Shown: positions 25,672 through 33,883 of the stretch, piece after piece
Position numbering within the stretch: position 1 is the stretch's first letter
How the letters are laid out: the number at the start of each line of letters is the position of its first letter
Assembly: GCA_944336125.1 (NCBI GenBank)
Contig: CALVLA010000002.1
Location: 87,301 to 151,300 of the forward strand
Length of the DNA stretch: 64,000 nt
From: an uncultured Clostridia bacterium
GTDB taxonomy: Bacteria > Bacillota > Clostridia > Christensenellales > CAG-314
Reading direction: 5' to 3'
Program-made: the position numbers and the translations under genes
The notes under the pieces: generated by a model
The model's database searches: none
The model's input: the letters and a program-made list of their open reading frames with translations, nothing else
What the model was told of the DNA's origin: nothing

Positions 25672-26500
25672 TTTGTTCTGTTCTCCACATATCGCCGTCG
25701 GTCTGACCGCCGCCCGACGAGTAAGCATCCCTCAAAACTTTGGTAAGAGTTTCAGGATCGAGATAACGTTTGTATTTTCCGTCGTGCATAGCGGAAATGA
25801 TACCCGTTTCCTCCGAAACAACTATTGCGGTAACGGTAGGATCGCTTTCTGAAAGGCCTATTGCCGCTCTGTGACGGGTACCGAGTTCTTTAGGCAAATC
25901 GGTAGCCTGCGAAAGAGGCAGATAGCAGCCTGCCGCGAGAATTTTTTTGCCCTTGATAATAATTGCTCCGTCGTGAAGCGGAGTTTTAGGGACAAACAGC
26001 GCCTCGATAAGTTCCGACGAAATATCCGAATTAAGCAATGTTCCGCTGTCGAGTATGTAGTCGGAAATCTTGTCGGGAACGATAACTATAAGCGCCCCCA
26101 CGTCTTGCTTTGCCATTTTTTGAACTGCTCTCACGATGTGAGAAATAGTGTCTTCCAATTCGGCAAGATTGAGCGCGACGTTTTCGTGTTTGTGCTGACT
26201 TTGTGTGCGCCAGGAATATCTCAGCACTTTTTGTTTGATTTCAGGCGTAAACAGAGCAAAAGACAAAAGCGCCGGCAAAAGCAAAAATACGGCAGTTACG
26301 GCGCTAGGAAGCACGCCGGCTATGCTCAATGCCAAAATTGCGATAAGATACACTATAAAGGCATGTGCAAGCCAGACGGCGTTGCATTTTTTTATGATAA
26401 CAAAGCAAAAAATCAAAACGACTGCCATGAACACGATAAATACCGCGTCCGTGGCAGAAAAGTTTTGAAATTTTGTAGCAACATGGTCAAAAAAAGTCAT
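25655..26500 (-). CDS. cdaA: Diadenylate cyclase CdaA (c-di-AMP synthase)
   Basis: 281 aa. Three N-terminal TM helices and a DAC domain with DGAIII and RHRAAIGLSE motifs. Confidence 0.92.
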   Translation of the reverse strand: MTFFDHVATKFQNFSATDAVFIVFMAVVLIFCFVIIKKCNAVWLAHAFIVYLIAILALSIAGVLPSAVTAVFLLLPALLSFALFTPEIKQKVLRYSWRTQSQHKHENVALNLAELEDTISHIVRAVQKMAKQDVGALIVIVPDKISDYILDSGTLLNSDISSELIEALFVPKTPLHDGAIIIKGKKILAAGCYLPLSQATDLPKELGTRHRAAIGLSESDPTVTAIVVSEETGIISAMHDGKYKRYLDPETLTKVLRDAYSSGGGQTDGDMWRTEQNEEQI

Positions 26501-26581
26501 AAATATACACCTTGTAAGACTAGTTTACTACATTTTGCGGCAAAAATAAATACTTTAAAATCACTTTTTTAAGTGAAAAGG

Positions 26582-28321
26582 TTATTTTTTACGCGCGATA
26601 TAATGAGTATGCAGACATTCGTGAGCGAGATGACTGTTAGGTTCTTGATAGAACTCTTTATAAAGCTGAATAATTTCAGGGTTTTCGTGCGACTTCCTGA
26701 GCACGGCTCTTTCGTCCGCCGAGTACATTGCGGAAGCTCTCAAAGCTCTGATATCGACAGAGTTCTGCACTGACGCAGGCTGTATAGGTTGTCCACCGCC
26801 GTTTACGCAGCCGCCAGGGCAACACATAATTTCGATAAAGTGATAGTCAGCCTTTCCGCTCTTGAGCTCTTCCATGATGACTTTTGCGTTTGCGATACCG
26901 CTTGCAACGCACACTTTAACGTCGACTCCGTTAACTTCCACTACCGCGCGCTTGATCCCCTGAGTACCTCTGACACACTCGAAATCTATTTTTTCGAGAG
27001 GTTTTTTCTCCACTACTTCCTTGACGGTTCTCAAAGCAGCTTCCATAACGCCGCCGGTTGCGCCGAATATGAGACCTGCCGTCGAGCCTTCGCCCAAAAT
27101 GCTGTCAGGTTTTTCATCGGCAAGGTTGAGGAAATCAATGCCCATGCGCTTAATCATGCGGGCAAGTTCCCTGGTAGTGATGGAGTAATCTACGTCTTGA
27201 TATCCGTCGGCCGCGCTTTGGTAAGGACGTTTAAGCTCGGTCTTTTTCGCAACGCAAGGCATAACGGAAACCACTACCAATTTGTCAAGCGGAATATTGA
27301 ATTTTTTAGCATAGTACCTTTTTACCGTAGCGCCGTACATCTGCTGAGGCGATTTGCACGTAGAAAGGTTAGGCAAAAACTCAGGATAATACTGTTCGAT
27401 ATAGTTAATCCAACCAGGCGAACAGCTGGTGATCATAGGAAGCACTCCGCCGTTGGTAAGCCTGTTGATAAATTCCGTACCCTCTTCCATGATGGTAAGG
27501 TCTGCGGCAAAGTTTACGTCGAAAACTCTGTCAAAGCCGATTTTTCTGAGTGCGGCAATCATTTTGCCTTCGACGTTTGTGCCGATAGGCATACCGAATT
27601 CTTCACCCAAAGCCACCCTTACCGAAGGAGCAGGAGCGACAACGACAAATTTTTCCTTGTCGAAAACCTGTTTCAACACGTCGTCGATGTTGTCTCTTTC
27701 TCTCAAAGCGCCGGTAGGACACGAAACGATACACTGTCCGCAGTTTACGCAAGGAACGTCGTTAAGAGATTTGTTGAAAGTGCAGCCGATATTTGTTTTG
27801 AAGCCGCGCTCGTTTGCTCCGATGACGGCAACTGCCTGTCTTTTTTCACAAGTTGAAATACATCTTCTGCAAAGTATGCACTTTGAGTTGTCCCTTACGA
27901 GGTAATCGGTAACGTCTTCCAAAAACTGCTGTTTTTCACCCTCGTATTTGTGACCGTCGCAGCCGTATTCGTAAGCAAGTTTCTGAAGTTCGCAGCTTCC
28001 GCTTCTGACGCAACTTGTACATTCCTGATTGTGGTTGGACAAAATGAGTTCCAAAGTGGTTTTTCTGGATTTAATTACTCTTTCGGTATTTGTCCAAACT
28101 TCGAGATTGTCGCTTACAGGGTAAACGCATGAAGCTACGAGGTTTCTCGCGCCCTTTACTTCAACTACGCAAACGCGGCAAGCGCCCAGTTCGTTGACGT
28201 CCTTAAGATAGCACAGCGTAGGAATTTTTATGCCTGCCTGTTTGCACGCTTCAAGCAAGGTTATGCCGGCGTCAACCTGATAATCTTTTCCGTTTATTTT
28301 GATATTAACTTTGTTTTGCAT
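26582..28321 (-). CDS. hydA: [FeFe]-hydrogenase catalytic subunit, M3-type, of a NuoE/NuoF-associated trimeric enzyme
   Basis: Contains an N-terminal plant-type 2Fe-2S domain, a His-ligated cluster (HNQECTSCVRSGSC) and two 4Fe-4S motifs. The H-domain has VMPCVAKKTE and EIMCCPGGCVNGGGQP, but L1 reads TSCSPGW. Start set at MQNKVNIKING after GTGAGG. Confidence 0.9.
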   Translation of the reverse strand: MQNKVNIKINGKDYQVDAGITLLEACKQAGIKIPTLCYLKDVNELGACRVCVVEVKGARNLVASCVYPVSDNLEVWTNTERVIKSRKTTLELILSNHNQECTSCVRSGSCELQKLAYEYGCDGHKYEGEKQQFLEDVTDYLVRDNSKCILCRRCISTCEKRQAVAVIGANERGFKTNIGCTFNKSLNDVPCVNCGQCIVSCPTGALRERDNIDDVLKQVFDKEKFVVVAPAPSVRVALGEEFGMPIGTNVEGKMIAALRKIGFDRVFDVNFAADLTIMEEGTEFINRLTNGGVLPMITSCSPGWINYIEQYYPEFLPNLSTCKSPQQMYGATVKRYYAKKFNIPLDKLVVVSVMPCVAKKTELKRPYQSAADGYQDVDYSITTRELARMIKRMGIDFLNLADEKPDSILGEGSTAGLIFGATGGVMEAALRTVKEVVEKKPLEKIDFECVRGTQGIKRAVVEVNGVDVKVCVASGIANAKVIMEELKSGKADYHFIEIMCCPGGCVNGGGQPIQPASVQNSVDIRALRASAMYSADERAVLRKSHENPEIIQLYKEFYQEPNSHLAHECLHTHYIARKK

Positions 28322-28328
28322 AACAACC

Positions 28329-30101
28329 TCACTTTTTAATAATGGCATTTTGCTTGCATTTAGCCATGCATGTGCCGCATTTGATACATTTGTCCTTATC
28401 TATTTTGTGTGTTTTAAGCGGATCGCCTGAAATCGCTTCGGCAGGACAAGCTGCTTTGCACAACGTGCAGCCGATACATTTTTCAGGAATTATTTCATAA
28501 TTGATAAGCGCTTTGCAAGCTCCTGCAGGACAGGTTTTATCCTTAATGTGAGCGATATACTCGTCTCTGAAGTATTTGAGAGTGGACAGAACCGGGTTAG
28601 GAGCAGATTGACCCAAACCGCAAAGCGAGTTGTCTTTTATGTAGTAACAAAGTTCTTCTAGTTTGTCGAGATCCTCCATCGTACCTCTGCCGTCTGTAAT
28701 TTTGGTAATAAGTTCGTACAAACGTTTGTTACCGACACGACAAGGAGTACACATTCCGCAAGATTCGTCCACGGTAAATTCGAGGAAGAATTTTGCCATA
28801 TCGACCATACAGTTGTCCTCATCCATAACGATAAGTCCGCCTGAACCCATCATCGAGCCGATACCCACGAGATTGTCGTAGTCGATAGGAATATCGAGGT
28901 GCTGCGGAGGAATGCAGCCGCCGCTAGGACCGCCTGTCTGAGCGGCTTTGAATTTTTTGCCGTTAGGAATACCGCCGCCTATTTTGTAAATGACTTTTCT
29001 CAAAGTCGTGCCCATTGGCACTTCGACAAGACCAACGTGTTCGATTTTTCCGCCCAAAGCAAAAACTTTGGTACCCTTTGATTTTTCCGTACCGATTGAG
29101 CTGAACCATTCGGCACCTTTAAGAATGATTTGAGGGATGTTGGCGAAAGTTTCGACGTTGTTGAGAACGGTAGGCTGTCCGAAAAGACCTTTGACGGCAG
29201 GGAAAGGAGGCTTCGGATGAGGCTCACCTCTCTTGCCTTCGATTGAAGTAAGAAGCGCAGTTTCCTCACCGCAAACAAACGCGCCTGCGCCGAGACGTAT
29301 TTCGAGATCGAAATCAAAACCCGAGTCAAAAATGTTTTTGCCCAAAAGTCCGTATTCGCGCGCCTGAGCGATTGCCTTGTCAAGACGTTTTACCGCGAGA
29401 GGATATTCCGCGCGGACATAAATATAACCTTTGTTTGCCCCTATCGCATAACCCGCGATAGCCATTGCTTCGATAACCGAATGCGGATCGCCTTCGAGAA
29501 TCGAGCGGTCCATAAACGCGCCCGGGTCACCTTCGTCGGCATTACAGCAGATATATTTGACAGGATTTTTCGATTTGCATGCGAATTCCCACTTCAAACC
29601 CGTAGGAAAACCGCCGCCGCCGCGTCCTCTGAGCCCCGAAGCTTTAACTTCGGCTACTACCTGTTCAGGCGTCATTTGAGTGAGAACTTTACCCAACGCC
29701 TGATAACCGTCCTGAGCTATGTATTCGTCAATGCTTTCAGGGTCGATGTTGCCGCAGTTTTTAAGCACCATGCGGAACTGACGGTTGATAAATTCTGTTT
29801 CGGAAGCGATTTCTTCCTCTGTTTTTTCCTCGGGATGAGCAAGAAGGTCTTTGACGATTTTGCCGTTGAGCAAATGGTCTTTGACGATACGCTCCATGCT
29901 TTCGAGGTTGATGTTGAAGTACTGTGTACCTTCAGGGTAAACGATAAGCGAAATTTTATCGTCGCCGGTGAGAGAATAAGTCATCAAAACTTTGACGTCG
30001 TTTTTAAGACGGTATTTCTCCACCAGTTCGTTCATGTTGTCGACAAGATTTTTTAATACGGCTCCGTCGCTGCCGCAAACAAGTACGTGAGACCTAAACA
30101 T
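28329..30101 (-). CDS. hydB: NuoF-like NADH-binding flavoprotein subunit of the hydrogenase
   Basis: 590 aa. GRGGGGFPTG (FMN/NADH), ESCGMCTPCR (N3-type cluster) and a C-terminal 2x[4Fe-4S] ferredoxin domain. The N-terminal thioredoxin-like domain is Cys-poor. Confidence 0.9.
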   Translation of the reverse strand: MFRSHVLVCGSDGAVLKNLVDNMNELVEKYRLKNDVKVLMTYSLTGDDKISLIVYPEGTQYFNINLESMERIVKDHLLNGKIVKDLLAHPEEKTEEEIASETEFINRQFRMVLKNCGNIDPESIDEYIAQDGYQALGKVLTQMTPEQVVAEVKASGLRGRGGGGFPTGLKWEFACKSKNPVKYICCNADEGDPGAFMDRSILEGDPHSVIEAMAIAGYAIGANKGYIYVRAEYPLAVKRLDKAIAQAREYGLLGKNIFDSGFDFDLEIRLGAGAFVCGEETALLTSIEGKRGEPHPKPPFPAVKGLFGQPTVLNNVETFANIPQIILKGAEWFSSIGTEKSKGTKVFALGGKIEHVGLVEVPMGTTLRKVIYKIGGGIPNGKKFKAAQTGGPSGGCIPPQHLDIPIDYDNLVGIGSMMGSGGLIVMDEDNCMVDMAKFFLEFTVDESCGMCTPCRVGNKRLYELITKITDGRGTMEDLDKLEELCYYIKDNSLCGLGQSAPNPVLSTLKYFRDEYIAHIKDKTCPAGACKALINYEIIPEKCIGCTLCKAACPAEAISGDPLKTHKIDKDKCIKCGTCMAKCKQNAIIKK

Positions 30102-30104
30102 AAT

Positions 30105-30485
30105 TTACTCCTTATTCCAGTGGATGTTGTCAACCGTATATTCCTTGATGACCTTTCCGTTGACAATATGGTCGTTGATGATTTTAACGGCTTTTTCAGG
30201 CGTAACCTTTATGTAAGTGACCTTAGGCATATCGGGCATAAGCACTTCGACGATAGGTTCGTAGTTGCAAAGTCCTATGCATCCAGTCTGCGAAACAGCC
30301 ACGTTTTTGAGCTGTCTTTTTTCGACTTCCTGCATAAGAGCCGTCATAACCGGCATTGCGCCTGCCATGATGCCGCAGGTAGCCATACCCACGAGAACTT
30401 TTATTTCACCGCTTTTTGTTGCGGCTTCGGTTTTTTCTTTCAAAACTTTTTCTTTAATAGCGTTGAGTTCCGCCAAACTTTTCAT
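30105..30485 (-). CDS. Thioredoxin-like (2Fe-2S) ferredoxin domain protein (HndB-like)
   Basis: 126 aa. Contains VLVGMATCGIMAG and TGCIGLCNYEP segments, with three Cys in total. Confidence 0.75.
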   Translation of the reverse strand: MKSLAELNAIKEKVLKEKTEAATKSGEIKVLVGMATCGIMAGAMPVMTALMQEVEKRQLKNVAVSQTGCIGLCNYEPIVEVLMPDMPKVTYIKVTPEKAVKIINDHIVNGKVIKEYTVDNIHWNKE

Positions 30486-31042
30486 AATTGCAATTTTCCT
30501 CCGTTCACTTTATTGATATTGGAAGTCATAAATTCTCTGAGATAGAAATAAACCGTCAGGTCGCAAAAACCTTCCTGATTATGCAGAATATCCTTTACGT
30601 CGTTGGTATCGAATTCGAAACATTTGTCGTCCACCTTAAATGTAAACACAAATCTCACCGAGTGATTTGACGAAATGGTCGTCAAAATGGCGTCAACCAG
30701 ATTTCCCAAAGGCATGCAGTCGATGTTGTCGGTGCAAAACACCGCTTTTACGCAAGTTCCCACGCCCAGCTTGCTTTTTATGGAAAAATCGCCGCCCGTC
30801 AAAATCGCGTGATATTTGTAAAGCGGAATTCCCAGTCCCACCGAACGAGTTTTCCTTGAAGTGGAAAACGGGTCTTCGACGCTCGCAAGCGTTTTTTCGT
30901 CCATGCCCTTGCCGTTGTCGGTAATTACGACTTTCAGCTTTTTGTCGTCATCCGAATAACTGATGTCGGTTCGGACAAGCGTCGCGCCCGCCGCAACCGA
31001 ATTTTGAAGGATATCCAGAATATGGTTTGAAATTTCTCTCAT
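30482..31042 (-). CDS. Stand-alone GHKL (histidine-kinase-like) ATPase domain protein
   Basis: N-box ILDILQNSVAAGA, G1 DNGKGM and G2 GLGIPL. No DHp, His-phosphotransfer or sensor domain. I prefer the ATG at 31042 to the tracked TTG at 31048. Confidence 0.75.
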   Translation of the reverse strand: MREISNHILDILQNSVAAGATLVRTDISYSDDDKKLKVVITDNGKGMDEKTLASVEDPFSTSRKTRSVGLGIPLYKYHAILTGGDFSIKSKLGVGTCVKAVFCTDNIDCMPLGNLVDAILTTISSNHSVRFVFTFKVDDKCFEFDTNDVKDILHNQEGFCDLTVYFYLREFMTSNINKVNGGKLQL

Positions 31043-31044
31043 AA

Positions 31045-31554
31045 TCAAAGATTTTTAGCGCGTTTTCTGTAAATTTCCACTATGTCTTCGACGTCGTTGT
31101 GGGTAATATTTCCGTAAACGTCGTCATTGACAAACATAACGGGGGCCAAACCGCAGCAGCCTATGCACCTTGTAGGAGCAATGGCAAAAAGACCGTCGGG
31201 AGTGCATTGTCCGTCGTCGATGCCCAAAACTTCCTTGAGTTTTTCGTTGATGAGCCCCGCGCCCTTTACGTAACAAACGGTACCCATGCAAACGCTGAAG
31301 TTATATTTACCGACAGGATCCGTACGCAAAAACGAGTAAAAAGTAACTACGCCGTATACTTTTTCCATTGATACGCCCATACCGTCGGCAACCTTTTTTT
31401 GTACTTCGATTGGCAGGTAGCCGTAAATTTTTTGAGCTTCCTGCAATACTACAAGCAAGTTGGATTCATCGCCGCCGTATTGTTCCAACACGGCGTCCAT
31501 TTGAACTTTTTGTTCGGGCGTTTCGGTAAAACAAACACCTTTGTTCTCTTTCAT
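31045..31554 (-). CDS. hydC: NuoE-like [2Fe-2S] subunit of the hydrogenase
   Basis: 169 aa. CMGTVC ... RCIGCCGLAP is the NuoE cluster motif. Confidence 0.9.
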   Translation of the reverse strand: MKENKGVCFTETPEQKVQMDAVLEQYGGDESNLLVVLQEAQKIYGYLPIEVQKKVADGMGVSMEKVYGVVTFYSFLRTDPVGKYNFSVCMGTVCYVKGAGLINEKLKEVLGIDDGQCTPDGLFAIAPTRCIGCCGLAPVMFVNDDVYGNITHNDVEDIVEIYRKRAKNL

Positions 31555-31565
31555 ACGTTCCTCCT

Positions 31566-32267
31566 TTATTTACCAAACAACTCGAAAAATGCGTCAATCG
31601 ACTTGTCTTTTAAATCAATATAATTTTCGTTTAAAACGATTGATTCCAATGTATGAGCGTCGGAATTTGAAATGACTTTAAAGCGTTTTTGCATTTCCGA
31701 CTTAATTTCGGGCGGACAGTTTTTGCTGACCTCCACTACTTTATAATCTATGTCGTCAGGCACACAGCCCAGCGTCGCAAGCATACTGTTTGTTTCCTTG
31801 TCGACGTGAGCGGGTACGGTAACTCCGCCAAAACTTTCAACTACTTCCTGCAGCGAATACAAATCGATTTCGGAGGCTATTCCCAAAAAGGTACCGACGC
31901 AGCTGATTTCGTTGTCCTCGCCGTCGAGAATTTCCTGCGTAAAATACAAATTCGTGTTGAATTTCATTTTAGGCATATGCTCGTAAAGATAGTCGCAAAA
32001 TTTTTTCAAGGCGTCGAAAGTTCTGAAATAGCTTAAGACGTGAATGTCCTCGCTTGTTGAAACTTCGACGCCGGGAATAAGCAAAATGTCTTTTTCGGCG
32101 GCTGCCTTTTGCGCCGCCACCGCATTGAATCCGGCATTGTGGTCGGTAATCGCCAAAATATCGATTTTGCAGAGCTTCGCCATATTAAGTATATTTTGTA
32201 TGGTGTTTTCTCTTGAAGCGCATCCGCTCAATACCGAATGCACGTGCAAATCGTACTTAAATTTCAT
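31566..32267 (-). CDS. PHP domain-containing phosphoesterase
   Basis: 233 aa. DLHVHSVLSGC ... AITDHN ... GVEV ... PAHVD ... NSDAH are PHP metal-ligand motifs. Confidence 0.8.
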   Translation of the reverse strand: MKFKYDLHVHSVLSGCASRENTIQNILNMAKLCKIDILAITDHNAGFNAVAAQKAAAEKDILLIPGVEVSTSEDIHVLSYFRTFDALKKFCDYLYEHMPKMKFNTNLYFTQEILDGEDNEISCVGTFLGIASEIDLYSLQEVVESFGGVTVPAHVDKETNSMLATLGCVPDDIDYKVVEVSKNCPPEIKSEMQKRFKVISNSDAHTLESIVLNENYIDLKDKSIDAFFELFGK

Positions 32268-32593
32268 AAAATTTTCGAAATTGAGATGCTTGTCTCGAAA
32301 ATAGGCTGACTGCTTCCCAAAATAGTGATGTTGTGTTGTTTTGCTTTTTCAATCAAAGCCTCGTCCGGCTTAATGCCGTCGCACAAAATAACCGCCGACA
32401 TTTCGGCAAGTTTGGCAACTGCGGTTATGTTTATGTTTGACATAATCGTAAGCCAGCAGCTTTTCCTTTTTGCTTTTGATATGACGTAACTGAAAAGGTC
32501 AGAGGCGACGTAGTTTCTGATTGTCGCCGTGCCCTTGTTCAGATTGAAAACTTCAAGCTGCAATTTTTCAATGAGTTCCGCTACCGTTATCAT
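32264..32593 (-). CDS. DRTGG domain-containing protein
   Basis: 109 aa. Similar in size and pattern to the 117-aa paralogue at 34311-34664 (...SDL.S.V...WLTIMSNINIT/TGLANPQVV...). Assigned from memory of the DRTGG family. Confidence 0.6.
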   Translation of the reverse strand: MITVAELIEKLQLEVFNLNKGTATIRNYVASDLFSYVISKAKRKSCWLTIMSNINITAVAKLAEMSAVILCDGIKPDEALIEKAKQHNITILGSSQPIFETSISISKIL

Positions 32594-32599
32594 TACTTT

Positions 32600-33865
32600 T
32601 CACTCTTTATCCTTGTCAATTCTGTATTTGATGCAGCGTTTAATATCCGCCTTACCCTTCGCAACGTCCTCCGCAAAATCCTTGCAGCTAGGCGCTCCGC
32701 ACATACCGCAATCGAAGCCCGGCAAATGAGCTTTGACTTGTTCAAGAACGCGCATTTTTTCAAAGGCCTGCTTGAAATCCTTGTCGAGCTGGTAGTAGGC
32801 GTTGTTTACCTGCCATTCATCGGGACGTTTGTAATATTCGGCAGGCTCGTCCACACTGTCGGTAACGTTGGTTTTGTTTTTGAGGTCCTCTTTTTTGAGC
32901 CTTATCATGGTGCTTTTTGCGAAGTAACCGTTTTCGATGTTCATGACTCCGCTTACACAGCCGCCCGGACACGCGTTAAGCTCGATAAACTCAACGCCGG
33001 GAAGTTTGCCGTCCTCAAGCTCTTTAAGTGCCGAAATAACGTTTTCGATACCGTCCACAGCCAAAGCCCTGTTGCTTCCTATGTTTTTTACCTCGCCGCC
33101 CACAACCGCGGTAAGCATGTCCGCGGCGCCCGCCACGCAGGAGATTTTTTTGTCCTCGTCTGTTATTTTGACGTTCATTACTTTAAGGCTGACTTCTTTA
33201 AGCGAAAGCACACCGTCTATGCCGCAATCGCTTTTGTAAAGTTCCTGCCTTATCGCATTTGCGTGCGCAGGACAAGGCGAAAGGAAAAACACGCCGATTT
33301 CGTCAGGCTTAAGCCCCGTTTTTTTGACCGCCTCTTTTCTCGCCTTTTTAGCCGCGACATGAGCCGCAGGAATGTAAGGAGCGAGATTTTTTTTCAAATC
33401 ATGGAAACACATGAGGATAAGTTCCACGCAAACTGGACACGAAGTGCTTATGCAAGGCTTAGGAAGTTTGCCTTGACGCATTTCGTCAAGAGTCAGCAAA
33501 CTTAACATTTTGCTCGCCCTCGCCGTTTCGTAAACGCCGTCAAAACCTATTTTCAAAAGCGCGCTCAAAAGATAGTCCGCGCTTTTTGCCGTGTTGAATT
33601 GTCCAAAGTAAGCAGGCGAAACAAGCGCGATTTTATATTTGAATGTTTTTTGTTTGATAATATCGAAATAATCAAAATTAGGATAAACCGCTTTTTTCTG
33701 ACAAACGCGAACACACTCGCCGCAACCTATGCATCTGCTGTGATCGACAACTGCTTTGCCCTTTACGATACGTATCGCTTTAGTAGGACAACGTTTCATG
33801 CAGTTGACACATCCTATGCATTTGGAATTATCGATAAAAACGGCCTCAAAAACATTGTTCCCCAT
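32600..33865 (-). CDS. [FeFe]-hydrogenase-like Fe-S protein without a PAS domain (putative sensory or regulatory HydS-like protein)
   Basis: 421 aa. Two N-terminal 4Fe-4S ferredoxin motifs (CIGCVNCMKRCP, CIGCGECVRVCQ). Degenerate H-domain motifs TSCP (res 141-144), SPCPAHANA (196-204) and ELNACPGGCVSG (295-306). C-terminal Cys motif CGMCGAPSC...C (386-411). Confidence 0.75.
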   Translation of the reverse strand: MGNNVFEAVFIDNSKCIGCVNCMKRCPTKAIRIVKGKAVVDHSRCIGCGECVRVCQKKAVYPNFDYFDIIKQKTFKYKIALVSPAYFGQFNTAKSADYLLSALLKIGFDGVYETARASKMLSLLTLDEMRQGKLPKPCISTSCPVCVELILMCFHDLKKNLAPYIPAAHVAAKKARKEAVKKTGLKPDEIGVFFLSPCPAHANAIRQELYKSDCGIDGVLSLKEVSLKVMNVKITDEDKKISCVAGAADMLTAVVGGEVKNIGSNRALAVDGIENVISALKELEDGKLPGVEFIELNACPGGCVSGVMNIENGYFAKSTMIRLKKEDLKNKTNVTDSVDEPAEYYKRPDEWQVNNAYYQLDKDFKQAFEKMRVLEQVKAHLPGFDCGMCGAPSCKDFAEDVAKGKADIKRCIKYRIDKDKE

Positions 33866-33883
33866 TTCAGCCCCTGCACTTAA

